Source: the human T2T-CHM13v2.0 reference genome, Homo sapiens
NCBI RefSeq assembly: GCF_009914755.1
Contig: NC_060938.1
Length of the DNA: 64,000 nt
Reading direction: 5' to 3' (one strand)
Part shown: positions 50,401-64,000 of the stretch, one piece after another
How the letters are laid out: each line of letters starts with the position of its first letter
Position numbering within the stretch: position 1 is the stretch's first letter
Program-made: the position numbers and the translations under genes
The notes under the pieces: generated by a model
What the model saw: the letters and a program-made list of their open reading frames with translations, nothing else
Told to the model about the DNA's origin: nothing
Database searches by the model: none

Positions 50401-53400
50401 TATTATGTACAGTATATGATATATGTTTGGGTAGTTTGATATTTTATGTACAGTACAGAATATATAATTGGTGTACTTTGATATTTTATGTACAATATAG
50501 AATACATATTTGGTGTACTTTGATATTTTATGTACAGTAGATAATAAATATTTGGGTACTTTGATATTTTATGTATAATATAGAATATATATATGGTGTA
50601 CTTTGATATTTTATGTACAGTATATAATATATAGTTTGGGAACTTTGATATTTTATGTACAGTAGATAATACATGTTTGTGTACTTTGATATTTTATGTG
50701 CAATATAGAATATATATTTGGTGTACTTTCATATTTTATGTACAGCATAGATTACATATTTGGTGTACTTTTATATTTTATGTTCAGTATGTAATATATA
50801 TTTCCGGTACCTTGATATTTTATGTAGAGTATATAATATATAGATTTGGTACTTTGATATTTTATGTACAGTATATAATATATAGTGTGTGTACTTTGAT
50901 ATTTTATGTATAGTATATGATATATATTTCGGGTACCTTGATATTTTATGTACAGTATATAATACATGTTTTGGTACTTTGATATTTTATGTACAGTATA
51001 GAATATATATTTGGTGTACTTTGCTATTTTATGTACAGAATAAAATATAAATTTGATGTACTTTCATATTTTATGTACAGTATATAATATATAATTTGGG
51101 TACTTTGATATTTTATGTACAGTATATAATACATAGTATGGGTACTATGATATTTTATGTACAGTATATAATATATAGTTTTGGTACTTTGATATTATAA
51201 GTACAGTATACAATATATATTTTGAGTACTTTGATATTTTATGTCCAGTATATAATATATAGTTTTGGTACTTTGATATTTTATGTACAGTATATAATAT
51301 ATACTTTGAGAAATTTGATATTTTATGTACAGTTTATAATATATATTTTGTGTACTTTGATATTTTATGTATAGTATATAATATATATTTGGGGTACTTC
51401 AATATTTTATGTACAGTATATAATATATATTTTGTGTACTTTGATATTTTATGTACAGAATATAATATATATTGGATGTACCTTAATATTTTATGTCCAG
51501 TATATAATATATTTTTGGTACATTGATATTTTATGTACAGTATACAATATATATTTTGGGTACTTTGATATTTTATGTCCAGTATATAATATATAGTTTT
51601 GGTGCTTTGATATTTTATGTACAGTATATAATATATAGTTTGGGTACTTTGATATTTTATGTACAGTATATAATACATTATTTGGGTAATTTCATATTTT
51701 ATGTAAAGTATATGGTACATAGTTTGGGTAATTTTATATTTTATGTGGAGTATATAATACATATTTTGTGTAATTTGATATTTTATGTACAGAATGTGAC
51801 ATATATTTGGGGTCCTTTGATGTTTTATATACAGCATAGAATATATATTTGTTGTACTTTGATATTTTATGTACAGTATAGTATATATATTTGGTATATT
51901 TTGATATTTTATGTACAGTATTGAATACATATTTTGTGTACTTTGGTATTTTATGTATAGTATACAATATATATTTGGGGTACTTTGATATTTTATGTAC
52001 AATATGTAATATATAGTTTGGGTACTTTCTTATTTTATGAACAGTATATAACACATAGTTTGAGTAGTTTGATATTTTATGTACAAAATAATATATATAT
52101 TTGCTGTGCTTTGATATTTTATGTACAGTATATAATATTTGTCTGTTGTACTTTTATGTTTTATTTACAGTATATAATATATATTTTGGGTACTTTGATA
52201 TTTTAAGGACAGTATAGAATATGTATTTTGCATACTTTGATATTTTATGTATAGTATAGTATATATATCTGGTGTGCTTTGATATTTTATATACAATATG
52301 GAACATATATTTTGAGGACTTTTATATTTCATGTACAGCATAGAATATATATTTAGTGTACCTTGATATTTTACGGACAGTATAGAATATATATATTTTG
52401 TACTTTCATATTTTATATACATAATAGAATATATTTTTGCTGTACTTTGATATTTTATGTACAGTATATAAAATATATTGCGGGTAATTTGATATTTTAT
52501 CTACAGTATTTAATATATAGCTTGGGTACTTTGATATTTTATGTACAGTATATAATATATATTTTGGTTGATTTAATATTTTATGTACATTATAGAATAT
52601 ATATTTGGTGTAGTTTTATATTTTATGTACAGTACAGAGTATATATTTGGTGTATATTGATATTTTACGTACAGTATAGCATATATATTTGGTGTAGTTT
52701 ATATTTTATGTACCGAATATAATATACAGTTTGCGTAGTTTGATATTTTATGTACAGTATATAATATATAGTTTGGGTACTTTGATATTTTATGTATAGT
52801 ATATAATATATACTTTGGGTATTTTGATAATTTATATAGAGTTTATAATATATATTTCATGAAATTTGATACTTTATGTACAGTATATAGTATATAATTT
52901 GGGTGCTTTGATATTTTTTGTACAGTATATAGTATATACTTTGTGTACATTGATATTTTATGTATAGTATATTATATATACTTTGAGTACTTTGAAATTC
53001 TATGTACAGTATATAATATACACTTTGCGTACTTTGATATTTTATGTAGAGTATAGAAAATATATTACGTGCACTTTGATATTCTATGTACAGTATAGAA
53101 TATATATTTGGTGTACTTTCATATTTTATGTACAGTATAGAATATATATTAGGTGTAATTTGATATTTTATATACAGTATAGAATATATATTTAGTGTAC
53201 TTTGATATTTTTTCTGCACTATAGAATATATATTTCATGTAGTTTGATAATTGATGGACAGTATAGAATACATATTTGATGTACTTTAATAATTTATGTA
53301 GAGTATGGAATATATATTTGGTATACTTTGATATTTTATGTACAGTATATAATATATCATTTGTGTAATTTGATATTTTATGTAGAGTATAGAATATATA

Positions 53401-53921
53401 GTTTGGGTAATTTCATATTTTATGTACAGTATATAATATATATTTTGTGTAATTTGATATTTTATGAACAGTATATAATATATAGTGAGGGTACTTCAAC
53501 ATTTTATGTACAGTATAAAATATATATTTTGGGTACTTTGATATATTTTGTACAGTACAGAATATATATTTTGTGTATTTTGGTATTTTATGTACAGTAT
53601 AGAATATATATTTTGGGTAATTTACTATTTTATGTACAGTATATAATACATAATTTGAGTTCTTCTATATTTTATGTACAGTATATAATATATATTTAGG
53701 GTACTTTGAGATTTTATATACAATATGCAATATATAGTTTGGGTACTTTGTTATTTTATGTACAGAATATAATATGTAGTTGAGTACTTTGATATTTTAT
53801 GTACTATATATAATATATAGTTTGGGTAATTTGATATCTTATGTACAGTGTATAATATATATTTGGTTACTTTGATATTTTATTTACAGTATATAATATA
53901 TGTTAGGGTACTTTTATATTT
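47405..53921. repeat. HSat1A / classical satellite I (SAR), 42-bp AT-rich tandem repeat, ~155 copies
   Basis: The unit ACTTTGATATTTTATGT (17) + ACAGTATATAATATATAGTTTGGGT (25) has alternating RsaI (GTAC) sites. This is the reverse complement of the classical 17+25-bp satellite I. No Alu fragments are present, so it is not HSat1B/DYZ2. Confidence 0.93.
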
Positions 53922-56900
53922 CATTCCTTTCCATTCCATTCCACTCGGGTTGTTTCCAATCCATTCCCTTCCATTCCATTTCATTGCTTTCCATTCCGCT
54001 CGGGTTGAATCCATTCCATTTCACTTCATTCCATTACTTTCCTTTACAGTTGATTGCATTCCATTCCTTTCTATTCCATTCCCTTCCATTCCATCTCATT
54101 CCATTCCATCCTATTCCATTCCATTCCATTTCATTCCATTCCATTTCATTCCATTCCGTCCCATTCCTTCCGACCCATTCCATTCCATTCCATTCCTTTC
54201 CATTCCATTCAATTCCATTCTATATCACTCCATTCCACTCAGTTTGATTCCATTCCATTCCATTCCATTGCATTCCATTCCACTGGGGTTTATTCCATTC
54301 TATTCCATTCCATTCCATTCCATTCTGTTCCACTCCGGTAGTTACCATTCCAATCAATTCCCTTCCTTTCAGTTCCATTCCACTCGAATTGATTCCATTC
54401 CATTCCATTCCATTCCATTCCATTCCATTCCATTCCATTCCATTCCACTCCATTTCATTCGGGTTGTTTGCTTTCCATTCTATTCCATCCCATTCCATTC
54501 CATTCCATTCCATTCCATTCCATTACATTACATTCCTTCCCCTTCCATTCCACTGCATTCTATTCCATTCAATTCCATTCCACTCCACTCCATTCCATTC
54601 CATTCTATTCCACTCGGGTGGATTCGATTCCATTCCATTCTAATCCATTCCATTCCATTCCATTCCACTTGTGTTCATTCCATTCCATTCCATTCCATTC
54701 CATTCCATTCCATTCCACTCCATTTCATTCGGGTTGTTTGCTTTCCATTCTATTCCATCCCATTCCATTCCATTCCATTCCATTACATTACATTCCTTCC
54801 CCTTCCATTCCACTCCATTCTATTCCATTCAATTCCATTCCACTCCACTCCATTCCATTCCATTCTATTCCACTCGGGTGGATTCGATTCCATTCCATTC
54901 CAATCCATTCCATTCCATTCCATTCCACTTGTGTTCATTCCATTCCATTCAATTCCATTCCATTCCATTTCATTCCATTCCATTCCATTCCATTCCATTC
55001 CACTCCATTCCATTCCATTCCGTTCCTTTCCATTCCATTCCATTCCACTCGGGTTCCTTCCATTCTGTTCCATTGCATTGCATTCCATTCCATTCATTTC
55101 CATTCCATTCCGTTCCACTCCACTCGGGTTGATTGCATTCCATTCCATTCCATTCCATTCAATTATATTCTATTCCAGTTGATTCCATTCCTTTCCATTC
55201 CATTCCATTCCCTTCCATTCCATTCCGTTCCTTTGCATTCCATTCCATTCCCTTGCATTGGAATCGGGTTGATTCCAATCCATTCCATTATATTTCAGTC
55301 CTTTCCATTCCATTCTATTCCACTCGGGTTGTTTCCATTATGTTGAATTCCATTCCATTCCATTCCATTCCATTGCATTCCATCGCATTCCATTGCACTC
55401 GGGTTGTTTCCATTCCATTCCATTGCATTCCATTCCATTCCATTCCATTCCATACCATTACATTCCTCTCGGTTTGACTCCATTCCATACCATTGCATTC
55501 CATTACATTCCATTCCTATCCATTCCATTCCATTCTTTCCATTCCATTCCTTTCCCCTCGAGTTGATTCCATTCCATTCTCTTCCATTCCATACCTTTCC
55601 ATTCCATTCAATTGCATTCCATTCCATTCCACTCAGGTTGATTCCATTCCATTCCATTCCATTCCACTCGGGTTGATTCCATTCCATTCCATTCCATTCC
55701 ATTCCATTCGATTCCATTCCTTTCCATTCCATTCCACTCGGGTTGATTCCACTCCATTCCATTCCATTCCGTTCCGTTCCGTTCCGTTCCGTTCCATTCC
55801 ATTCCATTCCACTCCATTCCATTCCACTCCATTCCATTCGGGTTGATTCCATTCCATTGCATTCCCTTCCAATCCATTCCATTCCATTCCATTCGGTTTC
55901 ATTCCATTCCATTCCTTTCAATTCTGTTCCGTTACATTCCATTCCATTCCATTGCATTCTGTTCCATTCCATTCCACTCGGGTTGATTCCATTCCATTCC
56001 ATTGCATTCCATTCCGTTCCATTCCATTGCGTTCTATTCCATTCCATTCCATTCCGTTCCATTCCTGTCTGGTTGATTCCATTCCATTCCATTCCATTCC
56101 ATTTCTCTCGGATTGATTCCATACCATTGTATTCCATTCCATTCCATTCCATTCCGTTCCACTCGGGTTGATTCCATACCATCCCATTCCATTTGATTCC
56201 ATTCCATTCCTCTCAGGTTGATTCCGTTCCATTCCATTCTATTCCAATCCATTCCATTCCACTCCGGTTGACTCCATACCATTCCATTCCATTCAATTCC
56301 ATTCATTCCTTTACATTCCATTCCATTCCAGTCAGGTTGATTCTATTCCATTCCTTTCCATTCCATTCCATTCCACTCAGGTTGATTCCATTCCATTCCA
56401 TTCCATTCCATTCCATTTCACTCGGGTTGATTCCATTCCATTCCATTCCATTCCATTCCATTCCATTCTGTTTGATTCCATTCCGTTGAATTTGTTTCCA
56501 TTCCATTCCATTTCATTCCATTCCATTCCATTCCATTCCACTAGAGTTAATTCCATTCCGTTGAATTCCATTACTTTCCATTCCAATCCATTCCATTCCA
56601 TTCCATTCCATTGCGTTCCGTTCCACTCGGGGTGTTTCCATTCCATTCAATTCCTTTCCATTCCATTCCATTCCATTCCATTCCCCTCGTGTTGATTCCA
56701 TTCCATTCCATTCCATTCCATTCCATTCCATTCCATTTCACTCGGGTTGATTCCATTCCATTCCAATGCATTTTATTCCATTCCCTTCCATTCCAATCCA
56801 TTCCATGCCATACCATTTCCCACGGGTTGATTCCATACCATTGCATTCCATTCCATTCCATTCCTTTCCATTCCATTCCATATCATTCCACTAGTGTTGA

Positions 56901-59900
56901 TTCCATTCCATTCCATTCCATTCCTTTCTATTCCAATCCAATGCATTCCACTCGTGTTAATTCCTTTCCATTCCATTGCATTCCATTCCATTCCTTTCAA
57001 ATCCATTCCCTTCCATTCCATTCCACTCGGGTTGACTCCGTTCCATAACATTGCACTCCATTCCTTTCCATTCTATTCCATTCCTTTCCATTCCATTCCA
57101 TTCCACTCGGGTTGATTCCATTCCATTCCATTCCATTCCACTCCATTTCATTCGGGTTGATTCCTTTCCATTCTATTCCATCCCATTCCATTCCATTCCA
57201 TTACATTACATTCAATTCCTTCCCCTTCCATTCCACTCCTTTATATTCCATTCAATTCCATTCCATTCCACTCCATTCCATTCCATTCTATTCCACTCGG
57301 GTTGATTCGATTCCATTCCATTCCTTTCCATTCCATTCCATTCCTTTCCATTCCATTCCACTCGGGTTGATTATATTCCATTCCATTCCATTCCGTTCCA
57401 TTCCATTCCATTCCATTCCATTCCATTCCATTCCATTCCAGTCGGGTTGAATTCATTCCATTCCATTACACTCCATTTCATTTTTGTTGATTCCGTTGCA
57501 TTCCATTCCTTTATATTCCATTCCATTCTGTTCCATTCCATTCCATTCTATTCCACTAATATTGATTCCATACGAATCCTTTCCATTCCTTTCCTTTCCT
57601 TTCCATTCCTTTCCATTCCATTCCTTTCCATTCCACTCGGTTTGATTCCATTCCACTCCATTCCCTTCTATTCCATTCCATTCCATTCCACTCGTGTTGT
57701 TTCCATTCCATGTCACTCCATTCCATTCCATTCCATTCCATTCCATTCCATTCCATTCTGGTTGATTCCATTAAATTCCATTCCATTCTATTCTATTCCA
57801 TTCCATTCAATTCCATTCCATTCCACTCCATTCCATTCCAATCCATTCCATGCAATTCCATTCCATTCGGGTTCATTCCTTCCATTCCATTCGGATTCAT
57901 TCCATTTTATTCCATTCCATTGTGTTCCGTTCCATTAATATCCATTCCATTCCATTGCATTCCATTCCATTCCATTCCACTCAGGCTGATTCCATTCCAT
58001 ACCATTCCATGCCATTCCTTTCCATTCCATTCCGTTCCATTCCATGGCATTCCACTCGGGTTGATTCCATTCCATCCCATTCCATTCCATTCCATTCCAT
58101 CCCATTCCATTCCATTCCATTCCATTCCATTCCGTTCCGTTCCATTCCACTCTGGTTGATTCCATTCCATTCCATTCCATTCCATTCCATTCCATTCCAT
58201 TCCATTCCATTCCATTCCATTCCTCTTGGGTTGATTCCATTCCATTCCTTTCCATTCCATTCCATTCTATTCCATTCCTTTCCATACCATTCCACTTGGG
58301 TTGTTTCCATAGCATTCCGTTCCATTCCATTCCATTGCATTCCATTCCATTCCATTCGGGTTGATTCCATTCCATTCCACTCCATTGCGTTCCATTAGAT
58401 TCCATTCTATTCCATTCCATTCAACCCAGATTATTTCCATCCCATTCCATTCCATTCCATTCCATTCAATTCTATTCCATTCCAGTTGATGCCAATGCAT
58501 TCCATTCCATTCCATTCCATTGCCTTCCATTCCATTCCATTCCATTCGTGTTGATTCCATTCCATTCCATTGCATTCCATTCCATTCCACTCGGGTTGAT
58601 TCCATTCCATTCCATTCCACTCCATTCCATTCCATTATATTCAATTCCATTTCACTTGGGTTGATTCCATTCCATTCTATTCCATTCCATTTCACTCGGG
58701 TTGATTGCATTCCATTCTATTCCATTTTATTCCATTCAATTCCATTCCATTCCATACTATTCCACTCTGGTTGATTTCATACCATTCCATTCCATTCCTT
58801 TCCATTCCATTCCATTCCATTCATTTCCACTCGAATTCAATCTATTCCTTTCCATTCCATTCCGTTCTGTTCCATTCCATTCCATTGCATTTCATACCAT
58901 TCCATTCCACTCGGGATGATTCCATTCCATTCCATTATGTTCCGTTACATTCCATTCCATTCCATTCTATATCATTGTATTCCATTCCACTCGGATTGAT
59001 TCCATTTCATTCCTTTCCATTCCACTCGGGTTGATTCCATTCCGTTCCTTTCCATTTCATTGCATTCCATTCCATTCCATTCCATTCCATTCTACTCCAT
59101 TCCATTCCATTCCACTCTGGTTGATTCCATTCCGTTCCATTCCATTCCACTCGGGTTGATTCCATTCCATTCCATTCCATTTTATTCCATTCCATTCTGT
59201 TCCATGGCCTTCCATTCCATACCATTGCTCTCGGGTTGATTCCATACCATTCTGTTCCATTCCATTCCATTAAACTCCATTCCACTCCATTCCACTCTGG
59301 TTGATTCCATTCCATTCCATTCCATTCCATGCCATTCCATTCCATTCGTGTTGATTCCATTCCATTCCATTCCATTCCATTCGGGTTGATTCCTTTCCAT
59401 TCCTTGCCATTCCATTTCATTCCATTCCTTTCCATTCCATTCCACTCGGGTTGATTCCGTTGCATTCCATTCCATTCCATTGCACTTGGGTTGATTCCAT
59501 TCCATTGCATTCCATTCCATGCATTTCCATTACAATCGGGTTGATTCCATAGCGTTCCATTGCATTCCATTGCATTCCATTCCATTCCATCCCATTCGGG
59601 TTGATTCCAGCCCATTCCATTCCATTCCATTCCATTCCATTCCATTCCGTTCCATTCCATTCGGGTTGATTCCATTGCATTCCATTCCATTGCATTCCAC
59701 TGCATTCCATTCCATTCCATTCCATTCCATTCCATTCCATTCCATTCCATGCCATTCCATTCCATTGCATTCCATTCCACTCAGGTTGATTCCGCTCCAT
59801 TCCATTGCATTACATTCCATTTCATTCCACTCGGGTTGATTCCTTTCCTTTCCATTCAACTCCACTCGGGTTAATTCCATTCCGTTCCTTTCCATTTCAC

Positions 59901-62900
59901 TCCATTCCATTCCATTCCATTCCATTCCGTTCCATTCTATTCGTGTTTATTTCATTCCATTCCATTCCATTCCACAGCATTCCATTACACTCCGTTCCAT
60001 TCTATTCGTGTTGTTTCCATTCCATTCCATTTCATTCCATTGCATTCCATTCCATTCCATTCCAGACTATTCCACTCTGGTTGATTCCATACCATTCCAT
60101 TCCATTCCGTTCCAATCCATTGCATTCCATTCCAGGTGATTCCATTGCATTGCATTCTGTTGCATTCCATTCCTTTCCATTCCATTCCACTCAGGTTGAT
60201 TTCATTCCATTGCATTCCATTCCGTTCCTCTCAGGTTGATTCCATTCCATTCTATTCCATTTTATTCCTCTCGCGTTGATTCCATTCTATTCCATTCCAT
60301 TCCATTCCGTTCCGTTCCACTCGGGTTGATTCCTTTCCATTCCATTCCATTTTATTCCACTCCACTCGGGTCGATTCCATTACATTCCTTTGCATTCCAT
60401 TCCATTCCATTCCATTTCATAGCATTAAACTCGGGTTGATTCCATTGCATTCCCTTCCATTCCACTCCATTCCATTCCATTTCATTCCATTACAGTTGAT
60501 TCCATTCCTTTACATTCCATTCAATTCCATTCCATTCCGTTCCATTCCACTCGGGTTGATTTCATTCCATTCCATTCCATTCCATTCGGATACATTCCAT
60601 TCCATTCCATTCCATTCTATTTCATTCCATTCCATTTCATTCCACTGGTGTTTACTCCATTCCACTCCATTCCTTTACATTCCATTCCATTTCATTCCAC
60701 TCCATTCCAATCCATGATATTCCAATCGGTTTGAAACCATTCCTTTCCATTCCAATCCATTTCATTCAATTCCAATCCATTCCATTCCATTCAATTCCAC
60801 TCGGATTCAATCTATTGATTCCATTCCATTCTGTTCTGTTCCATTCCATTCCATTGCATTCCACACAATCCCATTCCACTCGGAATGACTCCATTCAATT
60901 CCATTTTATTCCGTTCAATTCCATTGCATTCCATTCCATTCCATTCCACTCTGGTTGATTCCATTCCATTCCTTTCCATTCCATTCCATTCCAGTCGGGT
61001 TGATTCCATTCCATTCCATTCCATTCCATTCCATTCCATTCCATTCCATTCCATTCCATTTCATTCCATTCCACGCCATTCCATTACACTCCATTCCACT
61101 CGAGTTGATTCTATTCTATTCCATTCCATTCCATTCCATTCCATTCCATTCCATTCCATTCCATTCCGTTTCATTCCATGCCATTCAATTCCATTCCGTT
61201 CCGTTCCATTTCATTCCATTCCATTCCATTGCATTGCCTTTCATTCCACTCCATTCCATTCCATTCCATTCCGTTTCATTCCATGCCATTCAATTCCATT
61301 CCGTTCCGTTCCATTCCATTCCATTCCATTCCATTGCCTTGCTTTTCATTCCACTCCATTCCATTCCATTCCATTCCATTCCATTCCATTCCATTCCACT
61401 AGGGTTGATTCCATACCTTTCCATTCCATTCCTTTCCATTCTTTCCTTTCCACTCCATTCCATTCCAGTCGGGTTGATTCCATTCCATTCCTTTCCATTC
61501 CATTCCGTTCCATTCCATTCGGGTTGATTCTATTCCATTCCATTCCATTCCATTGCATTCAATCCCATTAAGCTAGATTCCATTCCATTCCATTCCATTC
61601 CATTCCTTTCCATTCCATTCCGTTCCACTCGGGTTAATTCCATTCCGTTCCATTCTATTCGTGTTTATTTCATTCCATTCCATTCCATTCCACAGCATTC
61701 CATTCCATTCCGTTCTGTTCCATTCCATTCGTGTTGTTTCCATTCCATTCCATTCCATTCCATTCCATTCCATTCCATTCCATTCCTTTCCATTTCGTTC
61801 CATTACATTCGTGTTGTTTCCATTCCTTTCCATTCCATTCAATTGCATTCCATTCCATTCCATTCCACTCGGGTTGATTTCATTCCATTCCATTCCATTC
61901 CATTCGGGTTCATTCCATTCCATTCCATTCCATTCTATTTCATTCCATTCCATTTCATTCCACTGGTGTTTACTCCATTCCACTCCATTCCTTTCCATTC
62001 CATTTCATTCCATTCCACTCCATTCCAATCCATGACATTCCAATCGGTTTGAAACCATTCCTTTCCATTCCAATCCATTCCTTTCCATTCAATTCCACCC
62101 GGATTCAATCTATTGATTCCATTCCATTCCGTTCTGTTCCATTCCATTTCATTGCATTGCATACAATCCCATTCCACTCGGGATGACTCCATTCAATTCT
62201 ATTGTATTCTGTTCAATTCCATTGCATTCCATTCCATTCCATTCTACTCTGGTTGATTCCATTCCATTCCTTTCCATTCCATTCCATTCCAGTCGGTTTG
62301 ATTCCATTCCATTGCATTCCATTCCATTGAATTCCATTCCATTCCACTCCATTCCATTCCATTCCATTCCACTAGAGTTGATTCTATTACATTCCATTCC
62401 ATTCCTTTCAGGTTCATTCCATGCCATTCAATTCTATTTCGTTCCATTACATTCCATTCCATTCCATTCCCTTCCATTCATTTCCATTACACTTGGGTTG
62501 ATTCCATAGCATTCTTTTCCATTTCATTGCATTCCATTTCATTCCACTCCATTCCATTCCATTCCAATACCAATGATTCCATTCCATTCCATTCCCTTCC
62601 ACTCGGGTTGATTCCATTCCATTTTATTCCATTCCACTCCATTCCATGGCATTCCATTCCATACCATTCCTCTCGGGTTGATTCCATACTAATCTATTCT
62701 ATTCCATTCCATTAAACTCCATTCCATTCCATTCCACTCGGGTTGATTCCATTCCATTCCATTCCATTCCATTCCATGCCATTCCATTCCATTCGTGTTG
62801 ATTCCATTCCATTCCATTCCATTCCATTCCATTACATTCCGTTCCACTCGGGTTGAGTTCATTCCATTCCATTCCAATCCATTCCTTTCCATTCCATTCC

Positions 62901-64000
62901 ATTCGTGTTCATTCCATTCCATTCCGTTCCATTCCATTCCGTTCCTTTCCATTCCATTCCATTCCATTGCATTCCATTCCGTTCCATTCCGTTCCTTTCC
63001 ATTCGGGTTGATTCCATTCCATTCCTTTCCATTCCATTTCATTCCATTCCTTTCCATTCCATTCCACTCGGGTTGATTCCATTGCATTCTACTCCATTCT
63101 ATTGCACTTGAGTTGACTCCATTCAATTCCATTCCATTCCATGCATTTCCTTTACACTCGGGTTGATTCCATAGCATTCCATTGCATTCCATTACATCCC
63201 ATTCCATTCCATCCCATTCGGGCTGATTCCATTCCATTCCATTCCATTCCATTCCATTCCATTCCATTCCATTCCATTCCATTCGTTTCCATTCCATTCC
63301 GTTCCATTCCATTCGGGTTGATTCCATTCCATTAAATTCCACTGCATTCCATTCCATTCCACTCCATACTTTCCATTCCATCCCACCCGGATTGATTCCA
63401 TTCTATTCCATTCCATTCTACGCTATTCCATTCCAGTTGATTTGATTAGATTCCATTCCGTTCCATTCCATTCCATTCCATTCCATTCCACTCCTTTCCA
63501 TTCCATTCCATTGCATTCAACTCAGGTTGATTCCGCTCCATTCCATTGCATTATATTCCATTTCATTCCACTCAGGTTGATTCCTTTCCATTCCATTCCG
63601 TTCCACTCTGGTTAATTCCATTCCGTTCCTTTCCATTTCATTCCATTCCATTCCATTCCATTCCATTCCATTCTATTCCATTCCTTTCCATTCCATTCCG
63701 TTCCATGCTATTCGTGTTTATTTCATTCCATTCCACAGCATTCCATTCCATCCCGTTCCATTCCATTCCATTCGTGTTGTTTCCATTCCATTCCATTCCA
63801 TTCCATTCCATTCCATTCCATTCCATTCCGTTCCACTCGGGTTGATTCTATTCCATTCCATTCCATTTTATTCCACTCCACTCGGGTTGATTCCATTCCA
63901 TTCCATTGCATTCCATTGCATTCCATTCCATTCCATTCCATTCCATTGCATTAAACTCGGGTTGATTCCATTGCATTCCATTCCATTCCACTCCATTCCA
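53922..64000. repeat. Human satellite 3 (HSat3), (CATTC)n, runs off the window
   Basis: Long perfect CATTC runs are interspersed with the HSat3-diagnostic ACTCGGGTTG (CAACCCGAGT on minus). The CATTCGATTC/ATGATG units typical of HSat2 are rare. Confidence 0.95.

Noticed and set aside
47558-53699. Tyr/Ile-rich ORFs (YYILYIKYQSTQ; GTLIFYVQYIIY) resembling membrane or repeat proteins
   Set aside because: The 42-bp unit is divisible by 3, giving 14-aa periodic open frames. This is satellite DNA.
57763-57773. TAATGGAATCA (minus), a DUX4-motif-like site in HSat3, suggesting local feedback
   Set aside because: It is one substitution from the ubiquitous GAATGGAATCA satellite sequence, so it is expected by chance. 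No local copy encodes a protein.
53848-63941. Long IPFHS / MEWNG ORFs (up to 444 aa)
   Set aside because: (CATTC)n has no stop codons in any frame, so these are not genes.

Overview
This is primate (human or great-ape type) heterochromatin with no intact protein-coding gene. Bases 1-47.4 kb are a composite array of 68-bp beta-satellite interrupted by five near-complete D4Z4-like units (~2.7-3.1 kb each) and one truncated unit. Each near-complete unit carries a DUX4-like double-homeobox pseudogene on the minus strand. All six units end in a pLAM/exon-3-like segment that runs into beta-satellite, the same arrangement as the distal end of the 4qA FSHD locus, but all have GTCACA where 4qA has the ATTAAA poly(A) signal. 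All five DUX reading frames are broken within their first ~30 codons. A strand switch in the beta-satellite occurs at ~1480. The array ends abruptly in a 6.5-kb AT-rich 42-bp satellite (HSat1A / classical satellite I, 47.4-53.9 kb), followed by (CATTC)n satellite 3 to the end of the window. This combination suggests an acrocentric short arm or similar pericentromeric region (inference). Nearly all ORFs in the supplied track are translation artefacts of repeats. I found no new biological system; the findings are structural and evolutionary. Comparisons to canonical DUX4/pLAM are from recalled sequence and should be confirmed by alignment.
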